IMG/VR virus record: IMGVR_UViG_3300039071_000075
Span: 1 to 53,553 of that record
Length of the DNA stretch: 53,553 nt
Reading direction: 5' to 3' (one strand)
DNA from: a virus
Taxonomy: Duplodnaviria; Caudoviricetes
Below the pieces are notes generated by a model. The model was given only the letters and a program-made list of their open reading frames with translations, was not told the origin of the DNA and ran no database searches. Position 1 is the first letter of the stretch, and every line of letters begins with the position of its first letter. The translations under genes were made by a program, and so were the position numbers. Positions 17,607 to 27,391 of this stretch are shown piece by piece.

Positions 17607-17616
17607 TAACAAATAA
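17607..17616 (+). promoter_or_regulatory. putative late promoter box (TAACAAATAA)
   Basis: Upstream of scaffold gene. Confidence 0.6.
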
Positions 17617-17689
17617 TACTATGAACACTACCGCAATAACGCGATGTGTTGACTTTAAGCTACCCGAGAGGGCGTAAAAAGGATATTAT

Positions 17690-18616
17690 ATGTCAGAAGA
17701 ACTCGCAACCGATTCCATTGAAACAACTACAGAAACTCAAGATCTCTCCCAAGAAGAGTCTCAGCTATTAGAGGAAGCCTCGAAAGAGATGACTCAGGAA
17801 GAGTGGGAAGAGTTTAACCTAAAAGTTAATGGAAAGGAAATTAAAGAAAAAGTAAATCTACGAGATAAAGATAGAATTACTAAAGCTCTTCAAATGGAAA
17901 AGGCGGCTCAACAAGCTTTTCAAGAACGAGCAATTACATCAAAACAACTACAAGAGATCGAAGAAGAAGTTCAAGAGTTCTTGTCTCAATTTACTACAGA
18001 CCCTCTCTCTGTATTAATGAGTCCGGATTTTAATTTTTCAAAAGAGCAGAAGCGTCAAATTGCAGAAGCTATTCTTCGTGAAGATCTAGAGGATAGCAAA
18101 AAAACTCCAGAGCAACTCGCTTTAGAAGAAACTAAAAAGAAATATGAAGAACTCCTAGCGGAAAAGCAACAAATCGAAGAACAGCGTAGACAGGAAGAGC
18201 AGGCTCGACTTCAGCAAGAAGCGGCAGTAGAACTCGAAAGAGAAATCATAGACGCTATTCAGGTTGGTAATTTGCCCAATTCTACGTTTATGACCAAGGC
18301 TCTTGCAGACCTAGCTTATATTGCTTATTTGAACGGGGTTGATGTTTCTGTTCAGGATCTTGTACCTTTTGTAAAAGAAGCTTATCGTAAGGAAGTTGAA
18401 GGTTTGCTTAAGGTTTTGAGCGACGAAGAAGTGGAGACAATGGTTTCCAAAGACAGGATTCGTAATATCAGAAACAAGCAAATTCAATCAGTTAAGCCTA
18501 AAAATGGAGTAGTAAAGCCTGCTCTAAATACGGTAGATACTGGAACTTCTTCACGAAAAGAGGAAACTGCGCAGAAAATGAAAGCAAAAGACTTCTTCAA
18601 TTCGCTAAGAGGTTAA
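17690..18616 (+). CDS. capsid scaffolding protein
   Basis: Acidic N-terminus, LKVNGKE motif, long coiled coil, directly upstream of MCP. Confidence 0.78.
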   Translation: MSEELATDSIETTTETQDLSQEESQLLEEASKEMTQEEWEEFNLKVNGKEIKEKVNLRDKDRITKALQMEKAAQQAFQERAITSKQLQEIEEEVQEFLSQFTTDPLSVLMSPDFNFSKEQKRQIAEAILREDLEDSKKTPEQLALEETKKKYEELLAEKQQIEEQRRQEEQARLQQEAAVELEREIIDAIQVGNLPNSTFMTKALADLAYIAYLNGVDVSVQDLVPFVKEAYRKEVEGLLKVLSDEEVETMVSKDRIRNIRNKQIQSVKPKNGVVKPALNTVDTGTSSRKEETAQKMKAKDFFNSLRG

Positions 18617-18624
18617 CAAATATA
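18614..18624 (+). promoter_or_regulatory. putative late promoter box (TAACAAATATA)
   Basis: Overlaps the scaffold stop, upstream of MCP. Confidence 0.65.
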
Positions 18625-18745
18625 GTTGAGCAAATAAGGTTTATAAGACTTTTTAGCAAGCTTACGCCCTAAAGATATCTAATAGATTTACTTATTTCTT
18701 AAAAATAAAAAACAATAAAAACAAAGATACAGAAAGGAACTACAA

Positions 18746-19960
18746 ATGAGTACAGAAGCCAACACACTACAAAACCTTAACGGTTTGTATAAAAAAGTTT
18801 ACGATGGTAAACTCGAAAACCTAATCCCAGATGGCGTTAAACTTCTTAACAACATCAAATTCGTTCGTAAAGAGAAGCGTCCGGGTGCTGATTATAACCA
18901 ATCAGTAATCCTCGGTATGGAGCACGGCGTTAGCTTTGCTGAGCCAGATGGCGGCGCGTTCGCACTTAACCCACCTATTTCGGGCGTAATCAAGCAAGCT
19001 CAGATTCGCGGCTACCAGATGGTTCTCCGTTCTGCTATGGCTTTCGAAACTATGTTTGCCGCTGATAGCGCAGGCGAGAGAGCTTTCGAAGAAGCTACAA
19101 AGTATATTTTCCAAGCTATGATGGACTCTATTTCTAAGAAATTGGAAATTCGTCTTCTTTACGGTCAAGTTGGTTTGGCTGCTGTCGGTTCAGTTTCTGG
19201 TAACGTAATCTCAATCGCTACTGGCGAGTGGGCACCCGGAATTTGGGGCGGAGCTGAAAACATGAAGCTTGAGATCTTCGACACTGCCGGTAACCTTCGC
19301 GGTGACTGTAAAGTAGTTACAGTTGATTTCGACCTCAAGACAGTTACAGTTGACGCTATGCCTGCTGGTGTAGTTGCTACTGACGTAGTTTACGAAGCTG
19401 GTTCACGCGGTAAGGAAATGGCAGGTCTCCACAAGATCATCACCAACACTGGAACATTGTTCGGCATCTCTGCCTCTCAGTATTCTCTTTGGAAAGGTAA
19501 TGAGCATGCAGTAGCTGGCGTTCTCTCTTTCAATAAACTCGCTAAGGGTCTTGCTAAGCCTGTTGCAAAAGGTCTCCAGTCAGACGTAACAGTATATGTT
19601 AACCCATCTGCGTGGGCTGATTTGATGACAGAGCAAGCTGGTTCACGTCGTTTTGACGTAAGCTACAAGTCTTCTACCGCTCAAACTGGTTCAGAAGCTC
19701 TTGAGTTCTACTCTCAGAATGGTAAGATGACTATCGTAGCTTCTATCTTCGTGAAAGAAGGTTACGCGTACGCCATCAACCACGAGCAGTTCTTGAGAGT
19801 AGGTTCTACTGACCTTACCTTCAAAAACCCAATGAGCAAAGAAGATTTCTTCCACCTCCTCGAGAATAACGCTGGCGTCGGCATCCGTTGCTACACCAAC
19901 CAAGCACTATTCTGTACAAAGATCGGTCATCAACTTATCTTCACTGGTGTAACGGTCTAA
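18746..19960 (+). CDS. major capsid protein
   Basis: 404 aa; biased high-expression codons (TTC, AAC, GGT, GCT); follows scaffold; followed by strong terminator. Confidence 0.88.
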   Translation: MSTEANTLQNLNGLYKKVYDGKLENLIPDGVKLLNNIKFVRKEKRPGADYNQSVILGMEHGVSFAEPDGGAFALNPPISGVIKQAQIRGYQMVLRSAMAFETMFAADSAGERAFEEATKYIFQAMMDSISKKLEIRLLYGQVGLAAVGSVSGNVISIATGEWAPGIWGGAENMKLEIFDTAGNLRGDCKVVTVDFDLKTVTVDAMPAGVVATDVVYEAGSRGKEMAGLHKIITNTGTLFGISASQYSLWKGNEHAVAGVLSFNKLAKGLAKPVAKGLQSDVTVYVNPSAWADLMTEQAGSRRFDVSYKSSTAQTGSEALEFYSQNGKMTIVASIFVKEGYAYAINHEQFLRVGSTDLTFKNPMSKEDFFHLLENNAGVGIRCYTNQALFCTKIGHQLIFTGVTV

Positions 19961-19988
19961 TTTCAAAATGTTATGCAACGTAACATAG

Positions 19989-20019
19989 AAAGGGGAAGCT
20001 TTATGCTTCCCCTTTTTTT
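19989..20019 (+). terminator. Rho-independent terminator after MCP (extra hairpin 19968-19986 upstream)
   Basis: AAAGGGGAAGC-tttat-GCTTCCCCTTT + T-run. Confidence 0.85.
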
Positions 20020-20030
20020 ATAGTTTTAAA

Positions 20031-20041
20031 TAACAAATATA
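20031..20041 (+). promoter_or_regulatory. putative late promoter box (TAACAAATATA)
   Basis: Directly after the MCP terminator, before ORF 20056. Confidence 0.7.
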
Positions 20042-20055
20042 CCTAGGAGTATGCT

Positions 20056-20529
20056 ATGTCTAGGACTTTAATCGTTAATAATATCCCATTTGAATACCCC
20101 GAGCAAGGCGAGCAACAGCCTTGGGGGGAAGCGGCGACAAACTGGGCTGACGAAGTCACTAAAGTTTTAGCCTTCCTAAAAGGACCATATGACGTCCTTG
20201 AAAACTCCCAAGTAGTTAACTATAATCAAACTACTCCCCTCTTAATCGATAAATTATTCTTTGATTCCTGTAAAGTTAGAACGTTCAAGATACTTGGAAA
20301 TATAACTAGAACCAGCAATAGTGTTTCCGTTTATGAGACTTTTGAATTAACTGGAACTTATCAGGATGCTCAGGGTTGGGTTTTACAAAAAGAATCAATG
20401 TCCAACGCTAGTGTGGTATTTTCGGTAGATCTTAGTGGACAGGTATTTTATGTATCTAGTCCAGTGGGAGATTCTGGAACACATTCTGGACTTTTAAAAT
20501 TTAAAGCAATTGCACTATCTCAAATTTAA
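20056..20529 (+). CDS. virion structural protein (possible fibre adaptor)
   Basis: AGGAG RBS; YP..G...WGE N-terminus; beta-rich. Confidence 0.6.
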   Translation: MSRTLIVNNIPFEYPEQGEQQPWGEAATNWADEVTKVLAFLKGPYDVLENSQVVNYNQTTPLLIDKLFFDSCKVRTFKILGNITRTSNSVSVYETFELTGTYQDAQGWVLQKESMSNASVVFSVDLSGQVFYVSSPVGDSGTHSGLLKFKAIALSQI

Positions 20530-20542
20530 GTGGCGGTAAAAA

Positions 20543-23500
20543 ATGTCCCAATATATCCTAAAGCAGTTTGTAAAAGGTATTGCTCTTCAAGGAGAAACTG
20601 CTGATGTTACTGAACTGGTAGAGGGTAGTCTTTTTCACAACTCTACAGATAGTAGACTTAAGAGTTTTATAGAAGGTCAAACCAGACAACTTCTTACTAA
20701 TTCTCAAGTTCAAGACATGTCCAACAAAAGACACCTTGGACTTTTTAAAGTTGTGGATAGTGGCGGTACTATAGACATCGGCACTACTTATTTTGGAAAT
20801 ACAGACTTTATTCATGTTTGGAGTGTATTTAACGATGCTGGAAAAACTGCACAATTTGGTAGCTGGTTGGCAAACGGAAACGGTGGACAAACTCTTTTCA
20901 GTGGATCTCGAGTAAACAGTACTCCTGTGGGAGATGGAGTATACACCTCTGGTCAAGTTAAAATAGAAACCACCTCTTCCTCGTTTTTTCAAGACGCTCC
21001 GAATATCGCTATCAATTCAGGATCTATACAAATCATTACTGCCGATGCTCATGTAAGCGGCACCTATTCTAATGCAAACTCTGGAAATATTTTCTTGCAA
21101 ACTGGAACTGCTGAAGGCAGCGGGACTAGAGGAGTCATAGAGTTAAACTCTTCCGGAGTTTCACTTAAATCAGATAGTTTTTCTAGTACTTCACAGTTAA
21201 CCTTTATAGGAGCAGATGAATCTTTTATTGGAGTTTACACTGAAGGACTTCAGAGTACTGACTATGTAAGTAGAGGGACTCCTACAAAAACAGGAGAATT
21301 GCATCTTGTTTCTGGAGCAGTAAGCGATCCTACAATTGGAACTGATAAAGTTGATAGCGGTCAAATTTTACTATTTTCTGGACCTATTACTTCTGGAACA
21401 GGGGATTCTGGAGCAATAGCTCTTACTTCTGGAGATTCTGCTAGTGGAAACTCTGGAGGAATTAACTTACGCACTGGACTTGCTGCAAGTGGTACTCGAG
21501 GTGGATTATTTATAGATGTATCTGCTATTAATGTAAACTCAACCAGAATTGTAAGTGTAGCAGATCCCATTGATCCTCAAGATGCCTCGACAAAAGAATA
21601 TGTAGATTCAGAGATTTCAACACAAGACACTAGCATACGCAGCTATGTAGACAGTCAGTTAACTGGAAAAGCAAACGCAACTCACACTCACGATCTTTCT
21701 GACATAAATCAATCAGGAGCAACTCTAAATCAAGTTCCAGTATGGAATGGAACCTCTTGGTCTCCGGCTACAGTTTCTGGAGCAGGCTCGTCTGCGTTTA
21801 CAGATCTAACAGACGTCCCATCTTCCTATACAGGACAGTCTGGAAAAATTGTTGCAGTAAAATCTACTGAAGATGGCTTGGAATTTATTTCGGGAGGAGC
21901 TGGAGAAACAAACACAGCTTCCAATGTAGGCTTGGGTGCTGGCATTTATAAAGAAAAGGTCGGAGCTGATTTGAGACTTAAGTCTCTCACTCAAGGTTCC
22001 GGAATCTCTCTTACTGAAAATGCTGATGACATTGAGATTTCATCTACCATAACTCAATATACTGATAGTCAAGCAAGAACAGCCACAGTAGAAGACGCTA
22101 TTGTTGATGGAGTATTAGATAAGGCACCTTCTCAAAATGCAGTATTCGATGCTCTGGCTCTCAAACAAGATTCTATTGGATACACTCCCGAGAATTCTGC
22201 CAATAAATCCACAGATATTTTATTAGGAACGTCAGACACACTCTACCCTACTCAAAACGCAGTCAAATCCTATGTTGACAGCTCCATAGGTTCTAGCGTA
22301 GTTGATGCTACTTCTAGCGTTAAAGGGATTATACAGCTTGCAGGAGACCTAGCTGGCACGGCAAGTTCTCCAACTGTACCAGCTCTCGCAGATAAAGTAG
22401 AATCTGCTTCTAACTTAGGAAGTGGACAAGGAATCTTCTCTTCAAAAATAGGAGTTGATCTACAACTTAAATCTCTCGCAGCAGGTCCAAACGTATCTTT
22501 GACTTCCGATGCCAATAGCATTACCATCCACAATACTTTTGTAGAAAGCGTAAACTCAGTTAACAGTAAGACAGGTATCGTAGTTCTAGATAAAACAGAT
22601 ATCGGACTATCTAACGTAGATAACACTTCCGATGCTAATAAGCCTGTCTCTACTGCTACGCAAACAGCTCTTAATTTAAAAGCAAATACAAATCTTGATA
22701 ACTTAATTTCTACTGTAATTCCTTCTGGAATCAGTTTAAATTCAGTTTCAATCATTACTACTAATAACGACACTCAGTTTCAACTAAGAACAAGTGATCA
22801 GACGCTTTCAAGCTCTGGTAGTGTGCGTATACGCTCTGGTAATACAGAAGGAACTTTCATTTCTGGAGGAGCTAGAGTAGCTTCAGGAACAAATGCAAGT
22901 GCAAACATTGCAGGAACTGCTACAGGCAATGCAAACATAGCCACAGGAAATATCTCCGGAGGATCTCAAGGTAGCACAGGCGCAGCCGCAGTATTTTCAG
23001 GATCAATCACAGCCACTACCACATTTTCAGGAAATTCTGGAGTTGCGTTTATTCAGTCAGGTAACCTATCTTCAACAACTACGGGGATCTCTGGTGATTC
23101 TTACGCAGTATCCGGATCGAACTTTGGTACGGGAATTTCCAGAGCATCGGATACCTATGGCACTGGTTTCGTAGCTCTTCGTTCAGGAGAAGCTGCTGGA
23201 GCATTGTCTGGAAGATCTGGACTTACTGCAATATCCACAGGTCGTTCGGCAAGTGCAGTTTCAGGAGCGGTAATAGTCTCAACCGGACCCGTTACTTCTA
23301 GCACCCTAGAATATCCCGGAGCAATTAACAACGTCACAAACACGTCTGGAACCGGAGAAATTACAATAACGTCCGGAGCAATACAAAACGTCTCAAGCAC
23401 CGCAGCTTCAGGCTCTGTAACTTTACAAACAGGTAGTCACTCCGGAGCTGGTATTTCTGGTAACATAAATATTCAGACTGGATCTACTTCTGGTGGAACT

Positions 23501-23707
23501 CGCGGCGATATTAACCTAAACGCCAACAAAGTTAATGTTAATGCAACATTAGATCTCAATAACAACGACATAGTAGAAGTTGGTATATTTTATTTTGGAG
23601 ATCCTAACACAGACGGTACATGGAGAATCCGACCTTCCGCTGGAAACTTAGTCACGGAAGTACGTCAATCTGGAGTCTGGGTTGTTAAGCAAACGATAAC
23701 TGCGTAA
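20543..23707 (+). CDS. long mosaic tail/head fibre protein
   Basis: 1054 aa G/S/T-rich; repeated SG.I.L.TG modules; DASTKEYVD, FTDLTDVP and GLSNVDNTSD motifs. Confidence 0.8.
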   Translation: MSQYILKQFVKGIALQGETADVTELVEGSLFHNSTDSRLKSFIEGQTRQLLTNSQVQDMSNKRHLGLFKVVDSGGTIDIGTTYFGNTDFIHVWSVFNDAGKTAQFGSWLANGNGGQTLFSGSRVNSTPVGDGVYTSGQVKIETTSSSFFQDAPNIAINSGSIQIITADAHVSGTYSNANSGNIFLQTGTAEGSGTRGVIELNSSGVSLKSDSFSSTSQLTFIGADESFIGVYTEGLQSTDYVSRGTPTKTGELHLVSGAVSDPTIGTDKVDSGQILLFSGPITSGTGDSGAIALTSGDSASGNSGGINLRTGLAASGTRGGLFIDVSAINVNSTRIVSVADPIDPQDASTKEYVDSEISTQDTSIRSYVDSQLTGKANATHTHDLSDINQSGATLNQVPVWNGTSWSPATVSGAGSSAFTDLTDVPSSYTGQSGKIVAVKSTEDGLEFISGGAGETNTASNVGLGAGIYKEKVGADLRLKSLTQGSGISLTENADDIEISSTITQYTDSQARTATVEDAIVDGVLDKAPSQNAVFDALALKQDSIGYTPENSANKSTDILLGTSDTLYPTQNAVKSYVDSSIGSSVVDATSSVKGIIQLAGDLAGTASSPTVPALADKVESASNLGSGQGIFSSKIGVDLQLKSLAAGPNVSLTSDANSITIHNTFVESVNSVNSKTGIVVLDKTDIGLSNVDNTSDANKPVSTATQTALNLKANTNLDNLISTVIPSGISLNSVSIITTNNDTQFQLRTSDQTLSSSGSVRIRSGNTEGTFISGGARVASGTNASANIAGTATGNANIATGNISGGSQGSTGAAAVFSGSITATTTFSGNSGVAFIQSGNLSSTTTGISGDSYAVSGSNFGTGISRASDTYGTGFVALRSGEAAGALSGRSGLTAISTGRSASAVSGAVIVSTGPVTSSTLEYPGAINNVTNTSGTGEITITSGAIQNVSSTAASGSVTLQTGSHSGAGISGNINIQTGSTSGGTRGDINLNANKVNVNATLDLNNNDIVEVGIFYFGDPNTDGTWRIRPSAGNLVTEVRQSGVWVVKQTITA

Positions 23708-23724
23708 GATAAATAGGAATATAT

Positions 23725-23943
23725 ATGTCAGATTTTTGGAAAAATTTAGGAAAAAAAGACGTTCAAGTTTTTGATACTGAAGAAGAAATAGAGAAGAAAA
23801 AAAAGAAAAAACATCAAGAAGCTGAGAAGGTTAAGAACTTTGAAAAGCTGAGAGGAACCTTAAAGTCAGATGATCGTAGTTTGGCAGAACTGGCTACTCA
23901 AGCTAGAAAAGATGTTACAAAAAAAGGTTTTTGGGATAAGTAG
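23725..23943 (+). CDS. small basic protein
   Basis: AGGA RBS; poly-K; FEKLRGTLK motif. Confidence 0.6.
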   Translation: MSDFWKNLGKKDVQVFDTEEEIEKKKKKKHQEAEKVKNFEKLRGTLKSDDRSLAELATQARKDVTKKGFWDK

Positions 23944-23966
23944 TACGCAAAAATGAGAGTAAAGTT

Positions 23967-24239
23967 GTGAAGTTTAAAAAACTAAGAGATACTTTGAAGT
24001 GTAACGCTCCAAGATCTTCCACCAGACCCGGAAAGAAAAAAATGGTGAAAGCTTGCGAAGGTGGAGAAGAGAAAATAGTTCACTACGGAGCTGATGGGTA
24101 CAAACATAACTATTCCAAGGAAGCTAAAAAATCATTCAGAGCCAGACACAAATGCGACCAATCTAAAAGTAAGCTATCTGCGCAGCATTGGGCATGTAAA
24201 GATTTGTGGGGCAAGTCAAAGAAAATAGGGGAAAAATGA
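23967..24239 (+). CDS. small basic conserved viral protein (KSFRARHKC...W family)
   Basis: KIVHYGADGY...KSFRARHKC...SAQHWAC motif recognised from other phage proteins; function unknown. Confidence 0.65.
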   Translation: MKFKKLRDTLKCNAPRSSTRPGKKKMVKACEGGEEKIVHYGADGYKHNYSKEAKKSFRARHKCDQSKSKLSAQHWACKDLWGKSKKIGEK

Positions 24240-24784
24240 AACCCTATTCTCAAATTCTAGAACTACTTAAGAACAAAGATCGGGAGAACTACGTCGAGAG
24301 GACTCCTGAAGATTTATACACTAGGGTAAGTGAGAGAACTGGAGTAGATAAAAACACTATTAAAAAAATAGGTGGAGTAGAGTCGGAGCACGGTAAGTAT
24401 GAGGACAACTTTGCAGGTTCTTCTGCTAAGGGAGTTTTTCAACTGATGCCTAATTTAATAAAAAACTTTAAGCCAGAAGGGATGAAATCCCCAAAATCAT
24501 TTTCTACTCAAGAAGACGTGATGACAGGTTATTTGAAAGAGATGACAAAGAAAATAGGAGTAGATGCTCCAGAAGAAGATTTCTATGCTTATCACAATCT
24601 TGGATACCCTAAGTTTAAGAGATTTAAAAAAGCTAAAGATGATCAACCAATGGAGCAAGTATTACCTTTGGAAATCATTAGAAAGAATCCTAAGTTCTAC
24701 AAAGATAAAACTAAAAAACAAGCTGTAGAAGAAATAAAGAACATGCTAGGAGAGAGATCTTCTAGTAAAGAACAGAAAAAATAA
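24236..24784 (+). CDS. lytic transglycosylase (SLT/lysozyme-like) domain protein
   Basis: VES catalytic motif, SSAKGVFQL, YAYHNLG; ATGA overlap at 24236. Confidence 0.75.
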   Translation: MKPYSQILELLKNKDRENYVERTPEDLYTRVSERTGVDKNTIKKIGGVESEHGKYEDNFAGSSAKGVFQLMPNLIKNFKPEGMKSPKSFSTQEDVMTGYLKEMTKKIGVDAPEEDFYAYHNLGYPKFKRFKKAKDDQPMEQVLPLEIIRKNPKFYKDKTKKQAVEEIKNMLGERSSSKEQKK

Positions 24785-24785
24785 T

Positions 24786-25043
24786 ATGATTACTAAATTA
24801 AAACTATTGTTAGAGAGATATCAAAAAGAAGGAATACCTTTAGTATTTGTAAAAGATCCGGTTACTAAGAAACCCAGCGTATCGTTAACCCTTTTATTAA
24901 TTTCATTTACAATAAACTTATTCTCTTTGATAAATAAGTTTGCTAAACTAGCAGAAGGTGTGGATACGGAGAATAGTTTACAGCTACTTATAGTATGTGC
25001 TTCTTTGTACTTTGGTAGATCTTTGTCTAAAAAAATGAAGTAG
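24786..25043 (+). CDS. small membrane protein, holin-like
   Basis: Two TM segments, basic C-terminus, next to SLT gene. Confidence 0.5.
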   Translation: MITKLKLLLERYQKEGIPLVFVKDPVTKKPSVSLTLLLISFTINLFSLINKFAKLAEGVDTENSLQLLIVCASLYFGRSLSKKMK

Positions 25044-25048
25044 GCTTT

Positions 25049-25822
25049 ATGGCTAATAAAAAAATATCAGAGCTAAATGAACTAACCGCTGCTGGCGGAA
25101 ATGATCTAGTTCCTGTTGTAGATGTACTAACTACAGAGACCAAGAAGATAAAAGTAGCAAACTTACTTAGTTCATTAGTAGTTGATAAAACTAGCATAGG
25201 TCTAGGAAACGTAGACAATACGTCAGACATAAACAAACCTATATCTTCTGCCACTCAATCAGCTCTTAATGCAAAAGAAAACCTTACAAATAAAAGCACG
25301 AGCACTGCGCTGGGAACATCGGATACTCTATACCCCACTCAGAACGCTGTAAAATCTTACGTTGACACAACCGTAGCAAGCGTACAAGTTCCACTTGTCA
25401 AGAACATTACAGGAACTCAATCAACTACGTCAAACTCAGCAAGTAACATTTTAGGTGCCAATTTCTCCGTTGCTGCCAATGAGACGTGGTCTTTTGAATT
25501 TAATATTCAAATAGGATGTAGCGGAGTTGGGGGAGTTAGATTTGCTCTGACCTTTCCCGGAGCAGCTAATTTAAGATCTGTTCTAGTAGGAACTTCTACT
25601 GGATCTACTTCTCAGGACAGTGAGGTGATCTCCACTAGTGGAACCCTTACTACCGTAGCGTTCAACTCTGTAAACTCTCAGGATGGGTTTTTACGAGTAA
25701 CAGGTACTATTTTTAATGGAGCCGCTTCCGGAACCGTACAGTTGCAGTACGCTTCTCAGACCGGAGGTCAAACCTCCACGGTCTACGCTCACTCAACTAT
25801 AACTGCATCTAAGATAGCATAA
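25049..25822 (+). CDS. short fibre/structural protein
   Basis: KKISEL N-terminus; modules shared with ORF 20543. Confidence 0.7.
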   Translation: MANKKISELNELTAAGGNDLVPVVDVLTTETKKIKVANLLSSLVVDKTSIGLGNVDNTSDINKPISSATQSALNAKENLTNKSTSTALGTSDTLYPTQNAVKSYVDTTVASVQVPLVKNITGTQSTTSNSASNILGANFSVAANETWSFEFNIQIGCSGVGGVRFALTFPGAANLRSVLVGTSTGSTSQDSEVISTSGTLTTVAFNSVNSQDGFLRVTGTIFNGAASGTVQLQYASQTGGQTSTVYAHSTITASKIA

Positions 25823-25827
25823 GGTAT

Positions 25828-26814
25828 ATGAGCACTAAGACGACCTCGCTAGATTATACGAACGCTATTACCTCTGCGCATGTGGAGAAAGATCAGGCAT
25901 TTAATGTAATTAATGCCAACACCCTTGTACCTCCAAACCACGGGAAGATACTACTAGAGTATAACTCTAAAGATCTAATTACAAAAGCAATTTACTATTC
26001 TAAAGGCATAGCGCAAGAGACTAGACTTTCCACTAGAGGAGACTCTTTAGGCTCGGCACACAAGATAACGTTAAACTTTAAAAGTAAAACACCTGCCATG
26101 TTAGCTGGTAAATCCTTTGTTATCTACGACAACATTGGAGCTGTGAATGTATGGTTCGATGTTGACTTCTCTCATGCAGAACCAGTCAATCCAGCCACAC
26201 ATAGAAGTATTGTAATTAATTTACAATCAGGCAATACTCCAGAGCAAATTGCTCAGAAAACAGCACTTGCTTTTTCTATAGATTCTCAATTTATTGCAGT
26301 GTCTACTTTGACATACGCAATTATATCTAGTAATTCTCCCGGATTAAAACCTGACGCTTACGACGTAAGTACTGGAGTTTATGTAAAGAACACTCCCGGA
26401 GTAGAACCTAAATCTCTAAATAGTAAATATTTTCTAATAAATGCTGCTAATAACTCTCCGCGTTACTATGTGTGGTATAATGTAAATGGGGCAGGAGTTG
26501 ATCCTCTTTTATCAGGAAAACAGGGAATTATGGTGGCTTTAAGTAGCGGAGCTAGTGCAGAGACTGTGGCGGTTCTTACTAAACAAGCACTGGACTCTAC
26601 CTTGAAGTTTCTAACAAATATAGATAGCGAAACCTTAATTATAACCAATTCTGAGGTTGGAGTTTCGGACGTTTCAGAAGAAGGAGATAGTGATTTTTTA
26701 GTTTTTATTCAAAAGCTGGGAGAGGATAGAGCTTATTTAGCCACTCTAGTAATTGAGTACGATTCTAAAGATAACATAATTTCAGTCGAGAGGATAGGAC
26801 ATGGACAAGCTTAA
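25828..26814 (+). CDS. structural protein with two tandem internal domains
   Basis: L.GK.F...VWFDV...TPEQIA repeated as LNSKYF...VWYNV...SAETVA. Confidence 0.65.
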   Translation: MSTKTTSLDYTNAITSAHVEKDQAFNVINANTLVPPNHGKILLEYNSKDLITKAIYYSKGIAQETRLSTRGDSLGSAHKITLNFKSKTPAMLAGKSFVIYDNIGAVNVWFDVDFSHAEPVNPATHRSIVINLQSGNTPEQIAQKTALAFSIDSQFIAVSTLTYAIISSNSPGLKPDAYDVSTGVYVKNTPGVEPKSLNSKYFLINAANNSPRYYVWYNVNGAGVDPLLSGKQGIMVALSSGASAETVAVLTKQALDSTLKFLTNIDSETLIITNSEVGVSDVSEEGDSDFLVFIQKLGEDRAYLATLVIEYDSKDNIISVERIGHGQA

Positions 26815-26995
26815 GTTGGTGTTTAACCCCCTCACTGGAAATTTTGATTATGTAAGTAAGCAGCTAACTAAAAAAGAGATACTGGGGAGTGTTCTTCTTT
26901 TTAGATATGAGGACGTATCCGAAACTCATCCGAGTATCGGAATTTTGTTTGACGAAAACTCAATACTGTATTCGGACGATAATTTTAATGAATAG
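26801..26995 (+). CDS. small structural protein
   Basis: FNPLTGNFDYV motif; coupled. Confidence 0.55.
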   Translation: MDKLKLVFNPLTGNFDYVSKQLTKKEILGSVLLFRYEDVSETHPSIGILFDENSILYSDDNFNE

Positions 26996-27368
26996 TCCTC
27001 ACGTTATACGAAAAACAACAGACCCCACTTCAGCTCCTCCGGAGCCGGGAATTCACTGGATAAACACTACCACGAACGTAGAGTTTTTTTCAGTAGGAAC
27101 CGCCTCGGTTACGGATTGGATTCCTAGAAGTGCGTTTGGAGGATTTCGAGTACATGCGGTTACTCTTACTTCTCAAAATATAGCAGATAAATTTATAGTG
27201 CTACCAACGACTCCACTATACCCACAGAATGTTGTTTTGGTTCCCATGGGAGGGATTCAACAATTGTACGGAGTTGATTACGAGGTACTTGGTAATGTGG
27301 TTACTTGGAGTTCTTTAGGACTCGATGGTTTTTTAGAAATAAATGATGTGTTGGTAATCCAACATTAG
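26988..27368 (+). CDS. structural protein (start likely 26988)
   Basis: APPEPGIHWINT; C-terminal DYEVLGNVVTW domain shared with ORF 27392. Confidence 0.6.
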   Translation: MNSPHVIRKTTDPTSAPPEPGIHWINTTTNVEFFSVGTASVTDWIPRSAFGGFRVHAVTLTSQNIADKFIVLPTTPLYPQNVVLVPMGGIQQLYGVDYEVLGNVVTWSSLGLDGFLEINDVLVIQH

Positions 27369-27391
27369 TCTCAACAGGGGGAGAGGAATAT

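Noticed and set aside
22220-25370. Diversity-generating retroelement or invertible fibre cassette
   Set aside because: Repeats differ at synonymous positions rather than adenine-specifically; no reverse transcriptase, invertase or flanking inverted repeats seen
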